DNA from: Eledone cirrhosa
Lineage: Eukaryota
Reading direction: 5' to 3'
Assembly: GCA_964016885.1 (NCBI GenBank)
Contig: OZ024741.1
Span: 206,832,001 to 206,896,000 of the forward strand
Length of the DNA stretch: 64,000 nt
Shown here: positions 24,926 to 37,112 of the stretch, piece after piece
Layout: each line of letters opens with the position of its first letter
How positions within the stretch are numbered: position 1 is the first letter of the stretch
Made by a program: the position numbers and the translations under genes
The notes under the pieces: generated by a model
The model's database searches: none
What the model was told of the DNA's origin: nothing
The model's input: the letters and a program-made list of their open reading frames with translations, nothing else

Positions 24926-25195
24926 TCCTTTGTCAGTGTTGAACAAACTGGCAACGATGGTTGCTGGACACTACGGCTTAATACGGGATGTTTGTTTACA
25001 GACACACCGAGCATTATAATAAATGTTCGGTGAATCCATACGTACATATATATATGTGTGCATGTATGTATATATATATATATATACATACTACTGTAAG
25101 TCTGTATACATATATGTATGTACGTGTACATACTTATATATATATATATATATTTATATATCTATATATATGTGTGCGTGTGTGTATTAATTAAG

Positions 25196-25246
25196 GTTTG
25201 TTTCACCACTGGATAGAACTAGTCATTCCGTATGGTCAACCTCATA

Positions 25247-25292
<46 letters not shown>

Positions 25293-25361
25293 ACATACAC
25301 ATATATATATTATGAGGTTGACCATACGGAATTACCAGTTCTATCCAGTGGTGACACAAAC
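25196..25361. repeat. ~55-bp inverted repeat around a (TA)n spacer
   Basis: gtttgtttcaccactggatagaactagtcattccgtatggtcaacctcataat ... attatgaggttgaccatacggaattaccagttctatccagtggtgacacaaac. Confidence 0.85.
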
Positions 25362-25403
25362 GTAAATAAATACACACACACACACAGACACACACACACA
25401 CAT

Positions 25404-25451
<48 letters not shown>

Positions 25452-25488
25452 TATAAACACAGAGCTGGCATATCTAAGAACTGACTAA

Positions 25489-25542
25489 CTGCCTGCTGAG
25501 GTCATAGCCATTCAATGGCTATCATCGAAATATATAAAGCAG
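25489..25542 (+). ncRNA. Degenerate hammerhead motif
   Basis: ctgc CTGCTGA [atagccatt/aatggctat] GAAA tatata AA gcag; core mutations make activity unlikely. Confidence 0.45.
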
Positions 25543-26088
25543 TAAATAAAGGATTATGAGTTCATGCAATTGACATGTTTCGTCACTATATATATATATA
25601 TATATAACTGTTTTAACAGTTCCGCAGTGAACAACAAGAAATATATTTATTGATAATTGGTGCTTGTTCGATTATATATTGTACAATTTGCCTCGTAGGC
25701 TCAAACACGGACGTTTAACTAGGTAACACTCCTCCAAAGACATCGATGACATTAATAAGGATTAACAGTTGTAATCATAAACAAACGCCAGAAAACCGTA
25801 AGCAGAGGAAAGTACTCGAGGATATGATTCAATTATACATGCTAGATACATAAGCTAATGAGGAAAATTCAACGTCGTCCCATAACCTGCTAAAAATAAT
25901 TACCATACTTAACTCAAATAACACTCACCTCTCTTACAGGAAGCATATGTTAGATAATGTAGTTAATCTATGACATAGTACTGGATACAATACTCTATTG
26001 TATATACACTTTATATTATATAGTGATTCTACTACATATTTTAATACACACACTCACTACCAGATATATTCCAGCATATATAATATAT

Positions 26089-26163
<75 letters not shown>

Positions 26164-26435
26164 TATATACATATACAATTATGTATATATATATGTAGAA
26201 GTTATATTAATTTATTGGGATACAACAAGCAAATATTTTATAACTGATATAAAGCACTCAACAAATTATTCCAACGGCTTAATTTAAATGTACGGGATTT
26301 AAACCTCTCCGACACTAATTTGCATAATAGACCAATAATAAAATTAATAACCCCACTATCCAGGAGCTTCCAACCGACATGGTCGAATTCTTTAAGGGTA
26401 TGTCAATATCTGTTTATAACATTGATCTATATTAT

Positions 26436-26498
26436 ATTTTATCTGATGAAAACGCACTATAATTTGCTTTGGTGTCCTTGAAATATGTATAATGAAAT
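26436..26498 (+). ncRNA. Type I hammerhead (family of 22631/35379)
   Basis: attttat CTGATGA ...gcact/ggtgt... GAAA tatgta TA atgaaat. Confidence 0.65.
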
Positions 26499-26542
26499 AA
26501 ATATGGTTTTATAAATATAATTTCCATTTGTTAATATATTGT

Positions 26543-26579
<37 letters not shown>

Positions 26580-26581
<2 letters not shown>

Positions 26582-26772
26582 ATTGCTTCAACTTTTGGCA
26601 CAAGGCCAGCGATTACCCAGTACATTACTGGTACTTTATTTTATCGACCCCGTAAGGATGAAAGGCAAAGTTAACCTTGTCGGGATTTGAACTCAGATCG
26701 TAAAGGGACGTAACTCTTTGCGTCAAAGCATGGCGTCCGACCCTCTACTAATACTGCCAATCCACCGCCCTT
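26580..26772 (-). mobile_element. tRNA-derived SINE family A
   Basis: Same sequence as 23271-23456. Confidence 0.85.
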
Positions 26773-26889
26773 GTACAGCAACATACATCTTTTTCCATTT
26801 CTCCGAAGGTTATAAACTTCACTATCAGGCTAGAAATTTCTTCAGTCTAAAATACGGTGAAAGCTTATAATTTCTAATTTCTAATATAA

Positions 26890-27075
26890 TAATTGTTTCT
26901 ATTTAGGCACAAGGCCAGCAATTACCCAGTGTATTACTGGTACTTTATTTTATCGACCCCATAAGGATGAAAGGCAAAGTCAACCTCGGCGAGATTTGAA
27001 CTCCGATCGTAAAGGGATGTAACTATGCTGGAAAGCATGGCGTCCGACCCTCTACCGATACTGCCAATCCACCTC
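26890..27075 (-). mobile_element. tRNA-derived SINE family A
   Basis: Same family sequence. Confidence 0.85.
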
Positions 27076-27359
27076 TTTCTAATATAATAATATATATATA
27101 TATAGTGATATATATAGTTATATTTATATATATATATATATATACATATATATGTTTGTGTGTGTGTGTGCGCATAGAGCATTGGGCTTGCACTCGAAAG
27201 GTTGTGAGTTCGATTCTCGAACCGGGGTATGCGTTGTGTCCTTGAGCAAGATACTTCATTTCACGTTGTTCCAGTTTATTTAGCTGTATGGGCCATATCA
27301 TTTTCCTTGGATATCTAATTATATATACAGGCCCTAACGGGTCTTTCCATATCTGCCAT

Positions 27360-27657
27360 TCCTTCACCTGTCTATGCCCTCCGGTCTTCCCTTTGCGGGT
27401 CTATATATATCGGACAAACGGGAAGCCGTATGGTTGACCGTTTTGCCGAACATTTGAGGCACATACGACTCGGTTTGGTTACTCCTGTCGTCCGTCATTT
27501 CTGTTCTCCTGGTCATTCTTTCCTACATGTTTCAGTCCTGGGTGTCCTTTTACATCATGCCTCACAGGCCTCGCGCACCAAGACTGAACAAAGTCTGATT
27601 CACCCCCTTGGGTCCTATTCCTCTCTTGGACTCAAATCACCTCCCCAATTTCTCTAA
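27360..27657 (+). pseudogene. Penelope-like (Neptune-type) GIY-YIG C-terminal fragment
   Basis: YIGQTGSRMVDRFAEHLRHI...RHFCSPGHS...RTKTEQSLIHPLGSYSSLGL. Confidence 0.75.
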
Positions 27658-27949
27658 TACCCCGTCCATTATGACACCCCTAGATTCCTATCGCTTTCCC
27701 TTGATCAATAGCAGCTTCTCTTACAACTAATATATGCCGACTATATATGCTCACTCCACTTTTCCCTTCACCGTTCTGTATACTCATATACACACCCTTA
27801 TATTAACATACTTTTGCTCATAGCTTCGTACTTACATGCACACACACTCTATTACTCCCACCCTTGCGAGCAGGGAAGAGCGGACGTAAAATGATGATGA
27901 TGATGATGATGATACACACACATTTCTTCTTAGCTTCGTACGGACGTAT

Positions 27950-28065
<116 letters not shown>

Positions 28066-28220
28066 TCAACGAAATTACGTTTGACGTCGTATTTGTATTT
28101 AAGGAGACTTGCCTAGAGTTAACATTGACGTCGGGCTTACTATTGTTATTATTATGACGCTCAGGGTTGGATGGATATGATTTATTATTTAATATTTTAG
28201 TATTATGTTTAGAGATAATG

Positions 28221-28898
28221 TTAGAAATGTTGGAAGTGGTGGAATAAGAGAATAACAGAATAAGAGAATTTAATTGTATGCTTATTAAAGATCTTACTAG
28301 AAATATGTGAAAAAGGGAAGCAATTAGCTAGCGTCCTAAAAAATAATTTAGGAATATTATTAATAATAGGAAGAGAAAAGGGAGCGTTGTACCAAATCAT
28401 ATTTTTATATCTAGGTCTTCTCTTTATGCTATTGGAATGCTTATAACTAGATATGTTACTATAGGTTCTGCCATGATTGGTTTCAGTATTGTATTTAATT
28501 CTTTCTGGGTCACCAGCTCTGGATAACGCATTATTGTAATAATTGGCTTTAGCGTCAAAGATAAGTTTATTAGAAGATAGATTAGAAATTCTTTTTTCAA
28601 CATTTCTGACTATAGCATTCTTAACATTAATAGGGTGGTTTGATTTATAATTAACATAATTCAGATTCTCATCTTTATGGTATGGGTAATATAGGCCGGG
28701 GTCAAGATTAAGGGATATATCCAGGAAGTTAGCTAATTTAACGTTGTTCTCAAATTCAATTTTTATGTTATGGTGCTTAAATAGATCAAGTATATTATTC
28801 TTCATAATATTAAGGTTTACTAAGTTACAGTTTAAGACAGTAAAAAGGGCATCGTCACTTTTTAAATAAATTTTGGCACTTCTTAATAAATCCTTCAC
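28221..28898 (-). pseudogene. Penelope-like RT C-terminal/thumb and linker fragment
   Basis: KSDDAL, NFLDISLNL, YVNYKSNHP, RISNLSSN, MIWYNAPFS, IKFSYS. Confidence 0.82.
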
Positions 28899-29309
28899 TA
28901 TTTAAACCCTAAATAAATAGTATACTTAATTTCTATATCTGTAATCATAAGCATCATCATCCATAAACCATTAACTTTTAAATTTAAAATCTTATTAATT
29001 TATTTAATTTATTTATAAATTTTACAACCTTTTTTTCAGTCATTTCTTTGTGTGAGACAGCGTTTCTCAGTTTAAATGTTTATCTCTCTCTCTCTCCTCT
29101 CTCTTTCTCTCTCCTTCCTCCTTCTTATAATCTTCATCCGTTATCCTTTCCTCCTTTTTTCTTTTTCCTTTCTTCATCTTCCTTACTTTTCTCCCCTTCA
29201 TTTCCTTTTTTCCAATCTCCTATATCCTTTTAAATTTATTTATCATATGTTGTTTAGACACTACCTTGCTCACAAGTGTCTTTTTTAAGCTTCATATAAT
29301 GTCTCCCTA

Positions 29310-29376
29310 TTTTATCTGATGAGAACGCAAATATCGTCCCTGGATGATATTTGTTTTTGAAATGCGCATAATAGAA
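29310..29376 (+). ncRNA. Type I hammerhead in the inverted pLTR next to the PLE RT fragment
   Basis: ttttat CTGATGA [gcaaatatcgtcc/ggatgatatttgt] GAAA tgcgca TA atagaa. Confidence 0.78.
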
Positions 29377-29504
29377 CTTGGAACTTTTTAAACCATCTTT
29401 TAATTTCTTCTTATATATACACCAGTCCAATAAACTGTTGAGTGCTACTTATCCGATATTTGCATTGCTTTATTGTGCTACAATAAAACTCACCTGCTAC
29501 ATTA

Positions 29505-32187
29505 TATATATTTGTGAAATGGCTGGTGGTTGAAATTCAGATGTGCACGGTTAAATGGTAGTAGACTGACATGAAAATTTGCACACCTATGTAAAACGTG
29601 CCAATGAAGCAAATAGACGAGGTTTCAAATCTCTAACTTGAAAAATGTGGTCCCTGGGGCCCCAAAACGATCTATTTACTATCGCGTTCGGTGAGTTATT
29701 TCCCCCTGTTCTAATACTTGGATGAGTTATTTACAATTTCATACACATTTTAAAACTCATCAACGTTCTTTCGCTGTTAACATACAGTACCAATAATTTG
29801 AAAAATATAAAATAAGTTTATTATAAAGAAGCAGTTTCGGGAATAAAAATAGAAATATGCACTTGAGGCTGGACGGCGTACAATGAGAAGTGGAGCGACG
29901 TGTAAAGTGTTGTTTATTAACAGCGAAATAGCAATGTCGATGATATACAAGTTTGAACATGCAGATTAATAAACTGTTGCTTTCTACAGTATTCTTCATT
30001 TTCATTTTTCAATTACAGTTGCTGTATATTAAATTTAAATACTTCTATAACGATCATACAGTACCGTAAATAAAACCCTTACATTGCGAACACCCTGTTC
30101 TAATACTGGCGTTAGTTATTTCCCCCTCTTCTAATAAACGTCTAATTGAGTTATTTCCCCCTGTTCTAATACTTTCAATATTCATTGTCTTAATTACAAT
30201 TTCATACAAATTTTTAAACTCATCAATTTCTTTCGCTGCGTTCTTTCGCAGCGTTCTTTCGCTGTTAACATACAGTACCGTTTTATGAAATCAATTCTGC
30301 AGTACCATTTTACGAAATGCCAAACCGAAAACGGTCACTGTTTTCCATCAAAAGAAATAAAACCCTTAAATTGCGAAGAAGGGAGTCATGTTCTCAAGTA
30401 CGTTTTTTCAGATATCATTTTCATTTTAATTCTAATACATGTTAACCACCACTAACAGTAAGTAGTATTTTTTAATTCATTGTCTTATTTAAAATAATAT
30501 ATCAAAGGCAACGTTATTTCGCTGTTAATAAACTGTTGGCTTCTACAGTACGTTTCATTTTCATTTTTAAATTACAATTGCTCTATATTAAATTTAAATA
30601 ATTCTATAACGATCATACAGTACTGTTTTATGAAATCGATTCTGCAGTAGAATTTTACGAAATGCCAAACCGAAAAAGGTCACTGTTTTCTAACAAAAGA
30701 AATAAAACCCTTACATTGCGAACCCCCTGTTCTAATACTGGGGTTAGTTATTTCCCCCTCTGCTAATAAACATCTAATATATAGAGGTCCCTCTTGCTGA
30801 CCAGAGCAATCAAAGTGTAAAGTATCATACAAACCTTCATAATATGCATTTTTAAACTTGCATATCATCGACATTGCTATTTCGCTGTTAATAAACTCAC
30901 CTTCTACATTTACAGTTATTGCTATTATCCTTTTATAACTACTTCGATGGTTAATTCGCCTTCATGTCTTCTTTTAATATTGTTTTTCCATTATAATGTT
31001 GAATAAGATGCCCACGCACTGCTAATATATCCCATCCATGTGGGTTATTTTTTTTTGTACCCATTTAGGCAACCTCTCCTTATGAGCAGCTCCATCAGCA
31101 CCAAAGCACAATTCTGGAGGAGACTTCAGAAGCAAGGGAGTCCTGTCGTTCTACTCAGCTCATTCAACCACAACGCTCACGTTTGGCAGAAACTTCAGAA
31201 GTAAGGGAGGTCCACCTTGCTGATCGCCGCACTCGACGTCTACAATTACTTCTAAACGAGACTGCGGAGGCCAGGGAGACCCGTTTACAGGACCTGCGCA
31301 CTCGACGGCAACAATCACTTCTCAACGAAACTGCTGAGGCAAGGGAAGACAGGCTGGCATCGAAACGGCGTAGACGTCAGGAACATACTGCTGCTACAAG
31401 GGACACCTTTTGGTCAAAAGCTGGCTTCAACTACAATCCGAACGGGAAAAAAGCAGAGTATAATACGTCGTTATGTGGAGCGTTAAGAACAATTTCATGC
31501 AAAGACAAGACAAAGTTTATGGTATAAATGGAGTCGTTAAGACTAATATTCTATATGAAATAACAGAATGATTTCCAGCCCCGGAGTTTAAGAATGATGT
31601 AAATAAAATTGAAAACGAAAATGACAGAGGTTATTAAAATAGTAAAAGTAAATAGTGAAGATTTAGGCCAGTACATACGTATGCTCCAACGGACATACAC
31701 ATACATACGCACTCACAAATACATACGCACCAACACGCACGCGCGCGCGTATGTATAAACCTTATGCATTTCTACAGTATTTTCACCAAACTTAAGACAT
31801 AGGTTACTTATGTACTCCGGATGGTCATGAGCACTTTCATTTTTTCAGATATTGATTATAGGGCCTCCCGGCAGATAACCTCCTTTAACGACTTCCTTGC
31901 AGTCGACTGAAGCACTGCAGTGCAATCCAACAGAACGTCATAACTTCTGGAGTTCGCAACCGATTTTCACAAAACTTGACACATGGGCTACCTTTGTCCT
32001 ACAGATGAATGTGACATCTCAGAATTGGCACATATTGAGTAGGGGACCCCTGGGGGCAGGAGCCCCCTTTTGGAAAAAGCCGATAATTTTGTGAAAATAT
32101 AGTTTTCGAAGTAGCACTGAAGTATTGACATAAATGGTATACACAACTGCTATTTAATGGCCGAGAAACGCGGGGTACATCTGCTAG
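29505..32187 (+). mobile_element. Non-autonomous Helitron with internal repeats and an N-terminal RepHel remnant (31183-31527)
   Basis: 3' end ccgagaaacgcgg hairpin then CTAG|T at 32184-32188; 23-aa repeats ETAEARETRLQDLRTRRQQSLLN; internal duplications at 29690-30780; 5' boundary approximate. Confidence 0.7.
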
Positions 32188-32228
<41 letters not shown>

Positions 32229-32229
<1 letters not shown>

Positions 32230-32765
32230 AGAGGTTACACAACAGTTAGTTCACCATACCGACAACAATTGTTTCACCTTAGCGGATTCTCAGGTCGTAA
32301 TGGGCATGGTTATAGGAACAGGAAGGACAACCGTACGAACGCGCATGCGCAGAAACCGGTCTCGTCAGACAGGAAATACTAGGTGCGAGAGGTGAAAGAA
32401 AGATAACTGCGAAAGTCCGAAAAGTTTTCAGTTGATAAGAAAATTACAATGATTCAATCCGGAGCTTTGTAGTTATGCAATAGGTGTTTGGTGACGTGTG
32501 GACAACGTGTGAAAAATTCATTTCTCGTGTTTAGGCAATACATAAGCCACACGACGGATTTCCCCTTGCGTATCTCTTGGACTTAGTGATGGCTTTCCAT
32601 TGAATGGAGTAGTCTATACCTGAGTCCTTGAGGGACCATACGTGGCTCGCGAGTTTCGTGGATAAACGTCTTTCCGAGTACCTAAACGTCAAATGGTGGT
32701 TCAGGAAACGGTCCTTATTTAAGGAACGTTTCCTGAACCACCAGACGACCTTTCGGTACCCGGAC
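32229..32765 (-). mobile_element. PLE 3' end (GIY-YIG tail + pLTR) ending in a fold-back junction; same family as 38065-39245
   Basis: Sequence identity to 38065-38510; hairpin ggtggttcaggaaacggtccttat/ttaaggaacgtttcctgaaccacc at ~32695-32742. Confidence 0.85.
32260..32297 (-). ncRNA. Minimal hammerhead, core mutated (CUGAGAA)
   Basis: cgac CTGAGAA tccgctaaggt GAAA caattg TT gtcg. Confidence 0.6.
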
Positions 32766-32766
32766 A

Positions 32767-33198
32767 GAACGCAGAAGTGAATATTTCAAAAAATGTTGCA
32801 ATCGGAAGAAGACAGGAAGACGATACTTTGATTCGTGGAAACGTTCCCTGGCAAAGAACGGGAAAAAACGAATATAATACGTCACTATTTGGAGCGGTGA
32901 AAAACAATTACACGCAAAGACAAAACCACGTTTATGGTATAAAAGAAGTGGTAGACTAATATTCTATTAGGTGGTTCATATAGACGTTCTCTGGCAATGA
33001 ACATTAGTCTACAACTTCTTTTATACCATAAAAGTGGTTTCGTCTTTGCGTGTAATTGTTTTTCACCGCTCCAAATAATGACGTGTTATATTCGTTTTTT
33101 CCCGTTCTTTGCCAGGGAATGTTTCCACGGACCAAAGAATCGTCTTCCTGTCTTCCTCCGGCTGCAACGTTTTTTGAAATATTCATTTCTGCGTTCAC
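32767..33198. repeat. ~200-bp inverted repeat of a Helitron-associated unit
   Basis: 32767-32963 vs 32999-33198, with near-identical mirror ORFs in the ORF track; related sequence at 4630-4720, 5195-5305, 31440-31550 and 37370-37555. Confidence 0.88.
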
Positions 33199-33449
33199 AG
33201 ATTGACTTTGTTAGTTTCAGAAGATTCCGTTAAGGGTGAAAGCAGCGATTCTTTGCTTAAACTTTAATCTGTTATTTTAATAAATATTTACTCAACGGTT
33301 CTTATATATTTGATATATATTTATCCTTATCGAGCCCTCTTTGGATTTTAGTCTTCAAATTTATTATTATTACTATATATAATTACGAAACGGAGTTAGA
33401 AACAGACATTAAATATATCTCTATGTGTACTTCTCTCTATATGTTGATT

Positions 33450-33529
<80 letters not shown>

Positions 33530-33534
<5 letters not shown>

Positions 33535-34905
33535 ATACTTTGGGAGGGTCATGTTGCCAATAAGAAACACACGCACCAGTTGCTTTCACTTCAATTTATT
33601 ATATATTTATAAATTTATAAATTTACAAATTTACAAACTTACAAACTTATAAATTTCTGGTTGGTTGGTTGGTTCCACAACCAGATAGTTGTTTATATAT
33701 ATAGTCATAGTCCTTTCGTCACACACTCTGTGACCTCTTCAGTGACTGGGGATTCCTTTCTTCGTTTCTGTGCCTTTCCTTTCTTCTATCCTACGCCATT
33801 TTGTTTCTGTGTGTGTGCTGTGTGCTCAGTTTGCGCATGCGCCACATCCGGGTGTCTGTGTGTGTTTGTGTTCATTTTTCTATTTTTCTATTTATATTTT
33901 TCTATTTGTTTATTTATTTATTTATTTATTGTTGGTTGGTTGTTTGTTCTATGTGTGTGTGTGTTTTCATTTTGTCCTGTGTGTGTTTTCATTTTGTGTG
34001 TGTTTTCAATTGTAAGTTGTTTGTTCTATGTGTGTGTGTGTTTTCATTTTGTCCTTAATTGTAAGTTGTGATGTTGCTGTTCCACTCATATTTTCTATTT
34101 AATTTTGGTTTTAATTCTTTTATGCTTACTGCCTCTGTAATTTGCCTAAACATTGCGTCTTTTCTGTGTGTGGATTCTATTTTTATTTCTATGCTCTCTA
34201 ATCTACCCCTGTGTTCTATCTTAGCATGTTGGTAGAGCACAGATGATTCTTTATTATCTTGGAGGTCTCGCCAGTGTTCATTTATTCGTTCCCCTATACT
34301 ACGAGCTGTCTCACCTATGTAGCATATTTTTGTTTCTACATTGTCCTTCAGTATATCTTATGCTATATACTACATTTCTAGTTTTACAGTTAATATGGGG
34401 GCTTATTTTACAGGTTATACATTTCTTATCTATACATGAGGTTCTTTGGAACGGGTATGTCTTGCTAATAAGTGTTTTTACGGAGGTGCCAGGTCTTTCT
34501 ACTATCTTAATATCGAGACTATGTTTATTTAGGGCCCTTCTAAATTTGTAGGCTAGTTCGCCTCTAGGGGTTGTATTGATGAACATTACACTCTGGTATT
34601 TATTGCTATCATACCATGAGTTTATTCTATTGGCCTTGTTCCTAGTTCTTTCTATTCTATTCCAAAATTTGCTCCTATACAAGGGGCAGGTCCCATTTAT
34701 GTCATTATTTACCATTTTTTCCCATTTGGTTCTGGCTCCTTTATACACTCTGATTCTATCTCTCTGATTGTAGCCAGAGAACTGCATACGGTGGATGAAG
34801 TGTTGTATGTGTCTCTCTAGTTCTTCGGGGTTGCACATGCGGGACACATTTCTCATCACCCGTACCAAATCCGCAATCAGTATGTTGATTTTGGTTTCAA
34901 CACAC
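33530..34905 (-). mobile_element. Naiad-like Penelope element, 3' portion with pLTR
   Basis: RMQFSGYN, PLYRSKFWN, FINTTPRGEL, KIVERPG, CIDKKCITC (Cx4CxxC), NVVY, frameshifted YIGETARSIGERINEH, DAMFRQITEAV...LNRKYEW. Confidence 0.82.
33703..33747 (-). ncRNA. Minimal type I hammerhead in the Naiad-like pLTR
   Basis: agtca CTGAAGA g-gtcac-agagtgt-gtgac GAAA ggac TA tgact. Confidence 0.8.
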
Positions 34906-35143
34906 GATTTCAGATAAAGAATCTTGCTAAACAAATTCAGAAACGAAATATATATATATTCATATATATAAATGCATAATAAAATGTTACAGTATCGTGA
35001 GAAAGAATATAGAGAGGAAGCGTTATAGAAGGAGACGATTCAGATAATTAATTGCCATAAGCAGGTGCTTTGGTGCTCGATGCTTGTGCATACAGGGCAG
35101 AATCCTATTTCTCACCCTAAAACTGTACATGTATATATATATA

Positions 35144-35339
<196 letters not shown>

Positions 35340-35378
35340 ATATTAAAAAATGGAAACTATATTTATAAAACCATATTT

Positions 35379-35442
35379 ATTTCATTATTCATATTTCAAG
35401 GGCCACCAAGGCAAATTTTGGTGCGCTTTCATCAGATAAAAT
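35379..35442 (-). ncRNA. Type I hammerhead (family of 22631/26436)
   Basis: attttat CTGATGA aagcgcacca...tggtggccctt GAAA tatgaa TA atgaaat. Confidence 0.62.
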
Positions 35443-35899
35443 ATAATATAGATTAGTTTTATAAATAAATATTGACATACCCTGAAAAAATGCAACCTTC
35501 ACGTTTGGACTCCAATAATTTGTTGAGTGTTTATATCAGTTATATAAAAATATTTTGGTTGTTGTATCCCAACAAATTAAATATAACCTCTACATATATA
35601 TATATATATGCGTGTGTGTGTGTACGTGTGTGTGTGTGTGTGTGTACGCATGCATAGATACATTTATGTATCAGCTGGGCGAGAAATAAAATTCCAATTT
35701 ACGGCAAGGCCAGTCGTAACTCACCCGATGTATACTTAAGAAAATACTATATACTTTCAACCGTTCGACACACTGGCAGAGAGGCATACAGTCCTGATGA
35801 AGAACCAGAACCATGTTCATTATTCCTCAAAGCCAGTGTTGAACAAACGGATGACTATCGGTCACCGGTGTGGCACAGCTTTAATCGGGCCGGTTGAAT

Positions 35900-36085
35900 A
35901 TGGCAATATCGGTAGAGGGTCGGGCGCCATGTTTTCCAGCATAGTTAGGTCCCTTTACGATCTGAGTTCAAATCCCGCCGAGGTTAACTTTGCCTTTCAT
36001 CCTTACGGGGTCGATACAATAAAGTACCAGTAATGCACCGGTTAATTGCTGGCCTTGTGCCTAAAGTAGAAACAATTATTATTAT
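35900..36085 (+). mobile_element. tRNA-derived SINE family A
   Basis: Family sequence with attattatt tail. Confidence 0.85.
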
Positions 36086-36350
36086 TAATGATTGACCAAC
36101 GGTTAAAAATACAGTTATAAATATATATATATATATATATATATAGTCTATCAAAGTTCTTTCGTTGCACATCTGCAACATCATCAGTAAATAAATAAGT
36201 AAAATAAAAATGGCGTAGACATTACAATACAATAGGAGGGAACATAATAGTACCACTGATGATATTGCAGATGTGCAACGAAAAACTTTGATAGACTACA
36301 TATATATACATATTTATATCTGTATATTTGACCGTTGGTTAATTAATGAT
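36082..36350. repeat. Inverted repeat with two hammerhead-like motifs (36150-36191 minus, 36252-36292 plus)
   Basis: CTGATGA t-gttgca-gatg-tgcaac GAAA gaac TT tgat; stem I is imperfect in both copies. Confidence 0.7.
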
Positions 36351-36529
36351 AAACATTGATTGCCAAATAAATTAACTATGGAGATATAAATGATACAAAA
36401 GCGAAAACCAACCAAACAGTGAGGTGTTCTGTTATTATTTCTGGCAATATTATTACAACAATATGACCCTCCTCAAGTATAACAATATTTGTTTCGACAC
36501 GCTTTCATACAAAAAACCTTGCAAAAGAA

Positions 36530-36580
<51 letters not shown>

Positions 36581-36711
36581 GATAAATCTACCAAGAGTTT
36601 ACGGTAGTGTCCAATCCGTATGAAGAACTCAATGTATTCCGGATATCATGGAAAGAAGAGATGTAATGAAAAACCACTTTCGGTGAAAGATAATCGGTAT
36701 ACAGAGTCAAG

Positions 36712-37112
36712 ATAAAATATTAAACAAATAATGAATAAACAATTCCTTATATTAAACAAAAAAAGTTCATTATTTAACGATCGTTTCTAGGATATATATG
36801 TGTTATAATTGGTATGCATATTCAACAGATCTATGTACAAAATTATACAAAATTATACAAATTATCAAGATTAAATATACATACCAAACACATATATACG
36901 CCGTCTTCAGAAATAAAGTTTTCTGAAGACGGCGTATATATGTGTTTGGTATGTATATTTAATCTTGATAATTTGTATAATTTTGTATAATTTTGTACAT
37001 AGATCTGTTGAATATGCATACCAATTATAACACATATATATCCTAGAAACGATCGTTAAATAATGAACTTTTTTTGTTTAATATAAGGAATTGTTTATTC
37101 ATTATTTGTTTA

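Larger units (their letters stand above)
24176..25135 (+). repeat. Non-coding ~422-bp tandem repeat (2 monomers) preceded by an inverted partial copy; retrozyme-like
   Basis: Hammerheads at 24461 and 24883 (spacing 422); 24176-24310 is the reverse complement of ~24630-24760. Confidence 0.85.

Noticed and set aside
29690-30780. CRISPR-like array (recurring ccccctgttctaatact)
   Set aside because: Eukaryotic context, irregular spacing, duplicated rather than unique spacers, and no cas genes.
34311-34313. TGA ending the Naiad-like ORF as a possible selenocysteine codon
   Set aside because: The conserved YIGETARS continues in a different frame, so the TGA results from a frameshift; no SECIS is visible downstream.
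35794-35830. CTGATGA motif as a hammerhead (also 11235, ~40275 minus, ~41775 minus, ~51120 minus)
   Set aside because: No properly placed GAAA/stem III/stem I partner.
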